This document shows positions 12,451 to 26,000 of a DNA stretch of 57,506 nt, piece by piece. The stretch lies in contig JAHBMJ010000070.1 of assembly GCA_018398765.1 (NCBI GenBank), forward strand, positions 1 to 57,506, written 5' to 3'. Both the position numbers and the translations under genes were made by a program. Numbering within the stretch: position 1 is the stretch's first letter; each line of letters begins with the position of its first letter. This stretch comes from Chromera velia. Lineage: Eukaryota. Under the pieces are notes generated by a model that searched no databases, was not told the origin of the DNA, and was given only the letters and a program-made list of their open reading frames with translations.

Positions 12451-13741
12451 GAAACAGGGCAAAACTAGCATCATGCATTACTAATATGCAGCTCAAAGGT
12501 CGACTAGAGTTAACTGTAGGCGCCGCACATCATCATTATCATACGCCATCGCCATCCGCTCATATGCTTAGTGTGTAGCGTTTGGCAGGTCACAACATGC
12601 AAGGCAGAGTGTTAAATGGCATAATAATTATAATAATTAACCGCCGGTTATGACCGGTTATCATAACTCGAGGGCCAATAACCTTTAACCTAACCTCATA
12701 ATCTACCTTTTTCCCTATCCTCTTAAATGCATATTTTCTTTTTCTTTTCGTATGCGTTCATGCAAGTAGAACAGTTTTTAGCACAAGAGAGGGGAAAAGA
12801 TCCTTCACAGCTGCTGCTTCAATGGTACGGTGGCACCTTAGATGTCTTTAGAAAGCTCAGTACTACAAAATATGCATCCAGAAGAGGAAAATCGAAACTG
12901 TGGAAGGATTTTAGCCCATAGATAACATCATTTGCTGGGGTTTTTCTTTGACAGAGAGGGGCAACAAGTTGCTTTTTGCGCTGCTTAACAAAATGAAAGA
13001 GTGATACCCTGACTTCCCATGGGAAGAATGTGCAAAAACTCACAAGGGAAAAACCTGGTTGGGGAGACATTCTAACTGAAATGATCTCAGACTCATTGCA
13101 AGGTCATCAATATAGAAAAATCGCATCCGGTATGTGTTTAAGCTTTCATGTAATAGAGTTGTATCTACTTTTCGATCATATTTATTGCATCATGCATAGA
13201 TATGCCAATTATACAGCTACTATTATGGTTACTAAAATATAGCTATGATCTAACATTGATACAGCTAGCTTCAATTCTTTGTTTTATCTTTTGTTTTAAA
13301 AGAATCACGTTTTAAAGAATGTTTATCAAATTTAAAAGCTTATAAACAACGATTAAATACAATAGAACACCCTATGTTATTCCTATATTTCAAAGTCCGA
13401 AATGATGTTAAAGTCTGGTAGGTCTCATTATGTCATCTTAGTGAAACGGCGACAGTGTAACAGTGCCCTAGGGCACCACTAAATCATTTATCACTTACAT
13501 TTTGGCTTAAACTAGCACTTAGGTCAAGACTCAAGAACGCGGCGAAGCCTAGAAAGCGAAAGAAAAGGCCGCGCTGCACGCACTTATAAACCATTGGTTT
13601 ACGTTTTGGTTATGAGCTGCCAAAAATTCATTTATAGGCAAAAAGTCTTCTTTTGAGGGGCAAAAACCCCCCTAAAAGTACGCTAAAACCCCCTTTAAAA
13701 ACCATAAAATTCACTTTTCAAAGAGGCTCTGCCAAAAATTC

Positions 13742-16419
13742 AGGAGTGTGTGCAGCGTGGAAAAGGCAGGCCTCAGCCAGACAACCATGGTGGGACGACG
13801 ACTATGCGGTGATGAAGTTAAGGGTAAGAGAGGCAGAAAGGCAGGCAAAAGACGTACCAAACCGCTCGTATCTGGCTTATAAAGAACTGCTCAAGGTAAG
13901 AAGACAGCAAAAGCGCCTCTTTGCATCAAAATAAAGGAAACATTAGCAAGCTCTGGCAGCATGGCTAGCAAAAGAGGCAGCATATGGACCAGCAAAGATC
14001 TGGCAATGGTGCAGGAAGTCCAAAAGCGAGGGAAATAGGGGGGTGAAACCATCTACTGATTCTTTCTCTCGTTTTTGGGCCCGTGTGTTTAAGAGAGACG
14101 GTCTCCCCCCTGCCTCTGCTGGCCCTGTGTTCCCCCCTCCTTCTTCCCCCACTTTTTTTCTGCACATGGTAGAAGAAACCCTGAAAAGAATAGACATGAA
14201 TAAGGCTGCCGGTCTTAATAGAATCGCCCCTGAACATCTCGTTCTTTGCTTCAAACACTCAACCTTTTCTTGCTTTTTCCTCTTTGTCTTCTTTAATTTG
14301 TTTCATTCTTTTTCCTTTTGGCTATATAGATAGAACGTCCTGAGGATTGTTCCAATACCGAAGGGTCCCCCTTCCTTTGATTGCAATGAATGGAGGCCCA
14401 TTCACATTGTTGGTCTTCTGGGTAAGGTTTTTGCTCTTCTTATGGACGTCTGCCTTCGTAAAGAGACGAGGATCGATGAGAGACACTTAAGCTTCAAGAG
14501 AGGCATGGGGATACGGGAAGCGTTCGCGTCCCTCTCTTCTCTCATTCTTTAGTCTAAACACAAAAAAGAATCCCTCATCACAGCATTTATAGACTTTTCC
14601 AAAGCCTTTGATACAGTGCCCAGAGAGAAAATGTTAGAGAGACTGAAGGATGAAGGGGTCAGTCAGGCAGTCTGAGACATCCATATGATTCATTCCATGT
14701 ACTGTAATGTTGCTGTAAGGGTTGATGGGGGGGACAAGTGCTTGTCAGAGGGAGCGGGTGTCAAGCAGGGTGATCCTCTTTCTCCTCTTCTTTTTCTCCT
14801 ATTTATAAATAATTTATACAAAGCCCTCAGCTCTGAAAACTAACAGCCGAGTGGTAATGAAGGAAAGAGCGCTTTGAAACCTGTCAAGCTTTCCACAACT
14901 CTAATAGAAAGTATTGGTTATGCTGATGACCTTGTGTTATTTGCCCACAGCGCCACAGACCTGCAAGAGAGACTCCGGCGCCTCGAGGTATACTGCAATG
15001 AACACGGACTCACGGTAAACTTAAAGAAAACAAAGATCTTTTGTCTATCCTCCCCTGATCCTCTCATTGATCCTGCTTCCCCTTTTGTTTTTAATGGAAG
15101 GCTGGTTGAGCATGTTGATAATTTAATATTTAAAATACAAATACCTCGGCAACTGGATCTTTGAGGGGGGGGATCTATCTAAAACTGTGAACACAAGAAT
15201 TGAATCAGCAGAAAGGGCACTAGAGGGTATGTTTGGAACTCTTTCTTCAATTGGTTTCGTTTCTTCTTTTTCTCAAATTCAACTGTTCAAAGCTCTTTGC
15301 GTGCCCGTTGTAATGTTTGGTCTTGAAGCCCTTCCTCTCATACAGGCAGTCAGATGTTCAATACCTTGATACATTGCAACTTTGTTTTGTTCGCTGGTCA
15401 TTTGGTTTATCTTATAACTCTTTTGTCTTGCCATCTCTTCATTCCTTTGGTTTCTTTAGCTGTCTGCTTGTGAAACAGGTAGCCAGCTTCTTTCAGTCTC
15501 TCAAATCTATAGAACACGCCTTGCCCACGGCTGTATGGCAGGCATGCATCGCTAGTTCTAATACCCCCTTTGTGTCCTCCATCAAACGTCTGGCTATACC
15601 CCTTGACAATTCTCTCCAGGAAGACACGAATGAGCCATACCAAGAAAAACTAAAAAAGAAGGGGAAATATAAACGGAAAGAGACGTGCCGCAAGATGTAG
15701 ACGAACCAATGGCTTAGGAAATGGGCTAGAAGGCAGGAAGGCAGCAGGAATAGAGATAGAATCTTCCATCTCCGTACTGCCCTCACTGATTTCCAAAGAG
15801 AGAACCTTTCTAGACAGAGGCTCTCCATGCTCCTCCTAGCAGAAAAGAAATGGTAGTCACGTTCGTCAGTCACAAGAAACGTTGATCTACACATACCCAC
15901 GCTGTCCTCTTGTCTTCTTAAATCCTCTACGAACATCCGCCCTCTCCTGAGAGCGGTAACGGGTGGTTATGTGCAGCGGGGGGAGCTAGAGAAGACTTGG
16001 CAGTGCTCAGCTTGCTCTGACAGAAAAGTTTATGATGAGATCCACTTGCTCACGGAATGTGCGGACACAGAGAGGAAAAGACAGAAGCTTAACAAAATCA
16101 TCAGCAGAATAAAGCAGCGCACACCCATTGAAAAACGGATGGAAATTATGCAATGGGTGGCTGCCTCAGCTGGTAGAGGAGTGGGGGAGAATGAAAAGAA
16201 AGTCCGAGAGATGATCGCTCTTATTTCTTTGTTCCAGCCTCTGGTGGGCATGAGGGCGGTTAAGGAGTGTATAGCCAAATTAGAGAGAGTTCTTGTTAAC
16301 ATGTGTTAGTCAATCAATATGTTAGGTCAACAAATTAACATTACATGTCATGCCGTGTGGTTGGCCAGAACCTAAGTGGTGGCTCACCAGCTTTAACCGC
16401 CTCAATTCAATTCAATTCA
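13742..16419 (+). mobile_element. 5'-truncated, decayed non-LTR retrotransposon (LINE ORF2 reverse transcriptase) with (CAATT)n tail
   Basis: RT motifs in order across broken frames: NKAAGLNRI, IVPIPKG, WRPIHIV, AFIDFSKAFDTVPR (~14585), GVKQGDPLSPLLF (~14758), YADDLVL (14919), LTVNLKKTKI, YKYLG. C-terminal CSAC...DEIHLLTEC zinc knuckle. Many stops and frameshifts. Tail ctcaattcaattcaattca at 16401-16419. Confidence 0.9.
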
Positions 16420-17022
16420 TCAAACAGTTCAACTACCTAAAAAACCCAGGGTCTATGAAGACTGATGCCCAACTAAAATATTTGTTAGAGCGTTTTCTAC
16501 TTAAGGGCGGCTAAGGGGCCACTAGGCCACTTCAAAGCATAAAAAAGAATTTGGGAGCTAGCTCGGAAGAGGAACTTACTAATATATGCTAGACTATATA
16601 CTAGTATATATATATATATATATATATATATGTCACGGTGAGTGTATATATGTGTATGTGTGTGTATGTATGTATATGTGTGTGTAACCAAATATATAAT
16701 TTTCTTTTTTAAGAAATCAATCACTACAGTCAATCACTAGGTCAATCAATTAACTAGTCAATCAATCAATCAAAAAATAAACCACTCTCAAGATGTCATG
16801 AGTCAAACAGTACAGAATGACAAAGTGATAAAGTCCTGCATGCGCTAAACAAGATCGACCTAGTAATTATTGAGGACATTAAATCCCCTCCTCCCTCCTC
16901 AGTGGGAACCCTGTTCTGAATCACTGAGGAAGAGAACATACAGACAGAGAGCCCTGCTATTCCCCCTCATTCTTCCTCTCACGGACAATAGTCAAAATGA
17001 TACACAGTCCCTGCCCTAGATC

Positions 17023-20000
17023 CTCTAATCATGCCACCTCCAATTTTCTGTTCCCCTCACCCAAGCCAGTGCACAAACATACACATAATGAAGCATCGAC
17101 AAAGAGGACAAAAAGAAAAACACCAACAAAAAAACAAAGAAAAAAAGAAAAAACAACAAAACAAAACAAAATAATAAGCAAAGAGTAATGCCAGTGACTT
17201 GCCCCATCCTCGCAAGTCCACTGTATGTTCAAGTGATCCTCAACACCATGATACGCACACTTCGGAACTCCTACTGATGGAACAACGCTCTTTGTTTGAC
17301 ATATTATGCCAGTGTATCATCAAATCAATTCACACTCTGGCCTGACCCCCGACTTGTCGCACTTCCCCATCGAAGCGGCGTCCTAATTAGAGTCCCCTAA
17401 CCAAAGCACCAGAATCGAACCACTCTCGCCTTCTCCCCATGTGCATACAGTCTCATCTGCATGCATATACAAAGCATGTCGGGGGTCAGGCCAGGCTATA
17501 CTCCATTCCTTCTCGACGACCGCATATCTTTCTTTTCAGAGTTCTGTATGCCAGCTTGCTAGATTGATTTCCCATGCGTGCTACGCAGTCTTTTTTCTTC
17601 TTTTTTCTCTTTTCTCTGATTGTCGTTCTTCTCTCTCGATCACACCCGCCTCTGTGCTGATTGAGCCCAACGTAAAAAGGCCGTACCTCTAATAAGTGTC
17701 TTGCCTCCTTTCTTATCTTCTATTCCCCTCACCCAAGCCCACGCATACGCATATACACAACGAAGTATAGACAAAGAGGACCAAAAGATAAACACCAACA
17801 AGAAAACAAAAGACACAAGAAAACACAGCAACAAAACAAAACAAAATAATAAGCAAAGAGCGATGCCGGCGACTTGCCCCATCCTTACAAGTCCACTGTA
17901 CTTTCAGGTGATCTTCAACACCGTGACAGGCATACGTCAGAACTCCTACTGATGGAACAACGCTCTTTGTTTGACACACCATGCCTAGCAGCATACCAGT
18001 GCATCATTAAAACAATCCACACTCTGGCCTGACCCCCGACCTGTCGCACTTCCCCATTAAAGCGGCATCCCAATCAGAGTTCCCCGGCTGAAGCCCCAAA
18101 ATTGAACCACTCTCGCCTTCTCCCCATGCATACATAGTCTCATCTGCATGCACACACAAAGCATGTCGGGGGTCAGGCCAGGCTATACTCCGTTCCTTCT
18201 CGACGACCGCATGTCTTTCTTTTCAGAGTTCTCTATGCCAGCTTGCTAGATTGATTTCCCATGCGCGCTACGTATGCAGTCTTTCTTCTTCCCTTTTCTC
18301 TTTTCTCTGATCGTCGCTCTTCTCTCTCGATCACACCTGCCTCTGTGCTGATTGAGCCCAACATAAAAAGGCACCTCTAATAAGTGTCTTGCCTCCTTTC
18401 TCATCTAAGACTTCCGTTCCCCTTACCCAAGCCAGTGCACACGCATAACAAAGAGGACCAAAAGACAAACACCGACAAGAAAACAAAAGACACAAGAAAA
18501 CACAGCAACAAAACAAAACAAAACAACAAGCAAAGAGCGATGTCAGCAACTTGCCCCATCCTCACAAGTCCACTGTATATTCAGATGATCCTCAACACCG
18601 TGATAAGCATACGTCAGAACTCCTATTGATGGAACAACGCTCTTTGTTTGACACACCATGCCAGTGCATCATCAAATCAATTCACACTCTGGCCTGACCC
18701 CCGACCTGTCGTACTTTCCCATCGAAGCGGCGTCCCAATCAGAGTCCCCCGGCCGAAGCAACAGAATCGAACCACTCTCGCCTTCCCCTCATGCGCACAC
18801 AGTCTCATCTGCATACACACACAAAGCATGTCGGGGGTCAGGCCAGGCTATACTCCATTCTTTCTCGACGATCGGAGGTCTTTCTTTTTAGAGTTCTCTA
18901 TGCAAGCTTGCTAGATTGATTTCCCATACGCGCTACGTATGCAGTCTTTCTTCTTCTCTTTTCTCTTTTCTCTGATCGTCGCTCTTCTCTCTTGATCACA
19001 CCCGCCTCTGTGCTGATTGAGCCCGACATAAAAAGGCACCTCTAATAAGTGTCTTGCCTCTTTTCTCATCTTCCATTCCCCTCACCCAAGCCAGTGCATA
19101 CACATACACATAACGGAGCATAAACAAAGAGGACAAAAAAAAAAATACCAACCAGAAACCAAAACACACAAGAAAACACAGTAATAAAACAAAACAAAAC
19201 AAGCAAAGAGCAATGCCAGCGACTTACCCCATCCTCGTAAGTCCACTATATGTTTAAGTGATCCTCAACACCGTGACACGCACACGTCGGAACTCTTACT
19301 GATGGAACAACGCTCTTTGCTTGACACACCATGCCAGTGCATCATCAAAACAATTCATACTCTGGCCTGACCCCCGACCTGTCGCACTTCCCTATCGAAG
19401 CGGCGTCCCAATCTGATTCAAAGTCCCCCAGCCGAAGCGTCAGAATTGAACCACTCTCGCCTTCCTCCGTGTGCACACAGTCTCACCTGCATGCACACAC
19501 AAAGCATGTCGGGGGTCAGGCCAAGCTACACTCCATTCTTTCTCGACGACCGCAGGTCTTTCTTTTCAGAGTTCTTTATGCCAGCTTGCTAGATTGATTT
19601 CCCATGTACGCTACGCAGTCTTTCTTTTTCTCTTTTCTCTTTTCTCTGATCGTCGCTCTTCTCTCTCGATCACACCCGCCTCTGTGCTGATTGAGCCCAA
19701 CATAAAAAAGCACCTCTAATAAGTGTCTTGCCTCTTTTCTCATCTTCCGTTCCCCTTATTCAAGCCAGTGCACACGCATACATACAACGAAGCATAGACA
19801 AAGAGGACCAAAAGAGAAACACCAACAAGAAAACAAAGAAAACAAGAAAAACCAACAAACCAAAACAAAACAAAATAACAAGCAAAAAGCGATGCCAGTG
19901 ACTTGCCCTATCCTCGCAAGTCCACTGTAGCTTCAGCTGATCCTCAACACCGTGATAAGCATACGTCAGAACTCCTACTGATGGAACAACGCTCTTTGCT

Positions 20001-23000
20001 TGACATACCATGCCAGTGCATCATCAAATCAATTCACACTCTGGCTTGACCCCTGACCTGTCGCACTTCCCCATCGAAGTGGCGTCCCAATTAGAGTCCC
20101 CCGGCCGAAGCGTCAGAATCGAACCACTCTCGCCTTCCCCCTAAGCGCACATAGTCTCACCTGCATGCACACACAAAGCATATCGGGGGTCAGGCCAGGC
20201 TATACTCCATTCCTTCTCGACGACCGCATGTCTTTCTTTTCAGAGTTCTCTATGCAAGCTTACTAGATTGATTTCCCATGCGTGTTACGCAGTCTTTCTT
20301 CTTCTTTTTTCTCTTTTCTCTGATCGTCGCTCTTCTCTCTCGATCACACCCGCCTCTATGCTGATTGAGCCCGAGGTAAAAAGGCACCTCTAATAAGTGT
20401 CTTGCCTCTTTTCTCATCTTCCGTTCCCCTTATTCAAGCCAGTGCACACGCATACATACAACGAAGCATAGACAAAGAGGACCAAAAGAGAAACACCAAC
20501 AAGAAAACAAAGAAAACAAAAAAAACTAACAAACCAAAACAAAACAAAACAACAAGCAAAAAGCGATGCCAGTGACTTGCCCCATCCTCGCAAGTCCACT
20601 GTACCTTCAGGTGATCCTCAACACCATGACATGCACACATCGGAACTCTTACTGATGGAACAACACTCTTTGCTTGACATACCATGCCAGTGCATCATCA
20701 AATCAATTCACACTCTGGCCTGACCCCCGACCTGTCGCACTTCCCTATCGAAGCTGCGTCCCAATCAGAGTCCCCTGGCCAAAGCACCAGAATTGAACCA
20801 CTCTCGCCTTCCCCCCATACGCACACAGTCTCACCTGCATGCACACACAAAGCATGTCGGGGGTCAGGCCAAGCTATACTCCATTCCTTCTCGACGACCG
20901 CATGTCTTTCTTTTTAGAGTTCTCTATGCAAGCTTGCTAGATTGATTTCCTATGCGTGCTACGTATGCAGTCTTTTTTCTTCTCTTTTCTCTTTTTTCTG
21001 ATCGTTGCTCTTCTTTCTCGATCACACCCGCCTCTATGTTGATTGAGCCCGACGTAAAAAGGCCGTACCTCCAATAAGTATCTTGCCTCTTTTCTTATCT
21101 TCCGTTCCCCTCACCCAAGCCTACGTATATGCATACATACAACGAAGCATAGACAAAGAGGACGAAAAGAGAAACACCAACACGAAACCAAAACATACAA
21201 GAAAACACAGCAACAAAACAAAACAAAATAATAAGCAAAGAGCGATGCCAGCGACTTGCCCCATCCTTACAAGTCCACTGTACCTTCAGGTGATCCTCAA
21301 CACTGTGACAGGCATACGTCAGAACTTCTACTGATGGAACAACGCTCTTTGTTTGACACACCATGCCTAGCACCATACCAGTGCATCATCAAAACAATTC
21401 ACACTCTGGCCTGACCCCTGACCTGTCGCACTTCCCCATTAAAGCGGCATCCCAATCAGAGTCCCCTGGCTGAAGCGTCAGAATCGAACCACTCTTGCCT
21501 TCCCCCCATGTGCACACAGTCTCACCTGCATGCACACACAAAGCATGTCGGGGGTCAGGCCAAGCTACACTCCATTCTTTCTCGACGACCGCATGTCTTT
21601 CTTTTCAGAGTTCTCTATGCAAGCTTACTAGATTGATTTCCCATGTGCGCTACGCAGTCTTTCTTTTTCTCTTTTCTCTTTTCTCTGATCGTCGCTCTTC
21701 TCTCTCGATCACACCCGCCTCTGTGCTGATTGAGCCCAACGTAAAAAAGCACCTCTAATAAGTGTCTTGCCTCTTTTCTCATCTTCCGTTCCCCTTATTC
21801 AAGCCAGTGCACACGCATACATACAACGAAGCATAGACAAAGAGGACCAAAAGAGAAACACCAACAAGAAAACAAAGAAAACAAGAAAAACCAACAAACC
21901 AAAACAAAACAAAACAACAAGCAAAACGCGATGCCAGTGACTTGCCCCATCCTCGCAAGTCTACTGTAGCTTCAGGTGATTCTTAACACCATGACATGCA
22001 CACATCGGAACTCTTACTGATGGAACAACACTCTTTGCTTGACATACCATGCCAGTGCATCATCAAATCAATTCACACTCTGGCCTGACCCCCGACCTGT
22101 CGCACTTCCCTATCGAAGCTGCGTCCCAATCAGAGTCCCCCGGCCGAAGCGCCAGAATCGAACCACTCTCGCCTTCCCCCCATGCGCACATAGTCTCACC
22201 TGCATGCACACACAAAGCATGTCGGGGGTCAGGCCAGGCTATACTCCATTCCTTCTCGACGACCGCATGTCTTTCTTTTCAGAGTTCTCTATACAAGCTT
22301 GCTAGATTGATTTCCCATGCGCGCTACGTATGCAGTCTTTTTTCTTCTCTTTTCTCTTTTTTCTGATCGTTGCTCTTCTCTCTCGATCACACCCGCCTCT
22401 GTGTTGATTGAGCCCGACGTAAAAAGGCCGTACCTCTAATAAGTGTCTTGCCTCTTTTCTCATCTTCCGTTCCCCTCACCCAAGCCTACACATATGCATA
22501 CACACAACAAAGCATAGACAAAGAGGACGAAAAGAGAAACACCAACATGAAACCAAAACATACAAGAAAACACAGCAACAAAACAAAACAAAATAATAAG
22601 CAAAGAGCGATGCCAGCGACTTGCCCCATCCTCGCAAGTCCACTGTACCTTCAGGTGATCCTCAACACTATGACATGCACAGTCACGTCAGAACTCCTAC
22701 TGATGGAACAATGCTCTTTGCTTGACACACCATACCAGTGCATCATCAAAACAATTCACACTCTGGCCTGACCCCTGACCTGTCGCACTTCCCCATCAAA
22801 GCGGCGTCCCAATCAGAGTCCCCCGGCTGAAGCGTCAGAATCGAACCACTCTTGCCTTCCCCCCATGTGCACACAGTCTCACCTGCATGCACACATAAAG
22901 CATGTCGGGGGTCAGGCCAAGCTACACTCCATTCTTTCTCGATGACCGCATGTCTTTCTTTTCAGAGTTCTCTATGCAAGCTTACTAGATTGATCTTCCA

Positions 23001-26000
23001 TGCGTGCTACGCAGTCTTTCTTCTTCCCTTTTCTCTTTTCTTTGATCGTCGCGCTTCTCTCTCGATCACACCCGCCTCTGTGCTGATTGAGCCCAACGTA
23101 AAAAAGCACCTCTAATAAGTGTCTTGCCTCTTTTCTCATCTTCCGTTCCCCTTATTCAAGCCAGTACACATGCATACATACAACGAAGCATAGACAAAGA
23201 GGACCAAAAGAGAAACACCAATAAGAAAATAAAGAAAACAAGAAAAACCAACAAACCAAAACAAAATAAAACAACAAGCAAAAAGCGATGCCAGTGACTT
23301 GCCCCATCCTCGCAAGTCCACTGTACCTTCAGGTGATCCTCAACACCGTGACACGCACACATCGGAACTCCTACTGATCGAACAACGCTCTTTGCTTGAC
23401 ATACCATGCCAGTGCATTATCAAATCAATTCACACTCTGGCCTGACCCCCGACCTGTCGCACTTCCCCATCAAAGCGGCGTCCCAATCAGAGTCCCCCGG
23501 CTGAAGCGTCAGAATCGAACCACTCTTGCCTTCCCCCCATGTGCACATAGTCTCACCTGCATGCACACACAAAGCATGTCGGGGGTCAGGCCAAGCTACA
23601 CTCCATTCTTTTTCGACGACCGCATGTCTTTCTTTTCAGAGTTCTTTATGCAAGCTTACTAGATTGATCTTCCATGCGTGCTACGCAGTCTTTCTTCTTC
23701 CCTTTTCTCTTTTCTCTGATCGTCGCTCTTCTCTCTCGATCACACCCGCCTCTGTGCTGATTGAGCCCAACGTAAAAAAGCACCTCTAATAAGTGTCTTG
23801 CCTCTTTTCTCATCTTCCGTTCCCCTTATTCAAGCCAGTACACATGCATACATACAACGAAGCATAGACAAAGAGGACCAAAAGAGAAACACCAATAAGA
23901 AAACAAAGAAAACAAGAAAAACCAACAAACCAAAACAAAATAAAACAACAAGCAAAAAGCGATGCCAGTGACTTGCCCCATCCTCGCAAGTCCACTGTAG
24001 CTTCAGGTGATCCTCAACACCGTGACACGCACACATCGGAACTCTTACTGATCGAACAACGCTCTTTGCTTGACATACCATGCCAGTGCATCATCAAATC
24101 AATTCACACTCTGGCCTGACCCCCGACCTGTCGCACTTCCTCATCGAAGCGGCGTTCCAATCAGAGTCCCCTGGCCAAAGCACCAGAATTGAACCACTCT
24201 CGCCTTCCCCCCATGCGCACATAGTCTCACCTGCATGCACACACAAAGCATGTCGGGGGTCAGGCCAGGCTATACTCCATTCCTTCTCGACGACCGCATA
24301 TCTTTCTTTTCAGAGTTCTCTATGCAAGCTTGCTAGATTGATTTCCTATACGCGCTACGTATGCAGTCTTTTTTCTTCTCTTTTCTCTTTTCTCTGATCG
24401 TCGCTCTTCTTTTTCGATCACACCCGCCTCTGTGCTGATTGAGCCCGACGTAAAAAGGCCGTACCTTTAATAAGTGTCTTGCCTCTTTTCTTATCTTCCG
24501 TTCCCCTCACCCAAGCCTACGCATATACATATACACAACGAAGCATAGACAAAGAGGACCAAAAGAGAAACACCAACAAGAAAATAAAATATACAAGAAA
24601 ACACAGCAACAAAACAAAACAAAATAATAAGTAAAGAGCGATGCCAGCGACTTGCCCCATCCTCGCAAGTCCACTGACAGTGTACATTTAGGTGATCCTC
24701 AACACTGTGACACACATATGTCGGAACTCCTACTGATGAAACAATGCTCTTTGCTTGACACACCATACCAGTACATTATCAAATCAATTCACACTCTGGC
24801 CTGACCCGCGATCTGTCATACTTCCCCATCGAAGCTGCGTCCCAATCAGAGTTCCCCGGCTGAAGCAACAGAATCGAACCACTCTCGCCTTCCTCCCATG
24901 CGCACACAGTCTCACCTGCATGCATATACAAAGCATGTCGGAGGTCAAGCCAGGCTACACTCCATTCCTTCTCGATAACCGCATGTCTTTCTTTTCAGAG
25001 TTCTCTATGCAAGCTTGCTAGATTGATCTTCTATGTGCGCTACGCAGTCTTTCTTCTTCTTTTTTCTCTTTTTTCTGATCATTGCTCTTCTCTCTTGATC
25101 ACACCCGCCTCTATGCTGATTGAGCCCAACGTAAAAAAGCACCTCTAATAAGTGTCTTGCCTCCTTTCTTATCTTCTATTCCCCTCACCCAAGCCTACGC
25201 ATATGCATACACACAACGAAGCATAAACAAAGAGGACGAAAAGAGAAACACCAACAAGAAACCAAAACATACAAGAAAACATAGCAATAAAACAAAACAA
25301 AACAAAAAGTAAAGAGCGATGCCAGCAACTTGCCTCATCCTCGCAAGTCCACTGTACCTTCAGGTGATCCTCAACACCGTGACACGCACACATCGGAACT
25401 TCTACTGATGGAACAACGCTCTTTGTTTGACACACTATGCCTAGCACCATACCAGTGCATCATCAAAACAATTCACACTCTGGCCTGACCCCTGACCTGT
25501 CGCACTTCCCCATCAAAGCGGCATCCCAATCAGAGTCCCCCGGCTGAAGCGTCAGAATCGAACCACTCTTGCCTTCCCCCCATGTGCACACAGTCTCACC
25601 TGCATGCACACACAAAGCATGTCGGGGGTCAGGCCAAGCTACACTCTATTCTTTCTCGACGACCGCATGTCTTTCTTTTCAGAGTTCTCTATGCAAGCTT
25701 ACTAGATTAATCTTCCATGCGTGCTACGCAGTCTTTCTTCTTCCCTTTTCTCTTTTCTCTGATCGTCGCTCTTCTCTCTCGATCACACCCGCCTCTGTGC
25801 TGATTAAGCCCAACGTAAAAAAGCACCTCTAATAAGTGTCTTGCCTCTTTTCTCATCTTCCGTTCCCCTTATTCAAGCCAGTACACATGCATACATACAA
25901 CGAAGCATAGACAAAGAGGACCAAAAGAGAAACACCAATAAGAAAATAAAGAAAACAAGAAAAACCAACAAACCAAAACAAAATAAAACAACAAGCAAAA

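Noticed and set aside
11945..12496. Leu/Ser- or Arg/Glu-rich ORFs (also 53638-54225 and 3800-4231)
   Set aside because: Microsatellite translations with no protein-like complexity.
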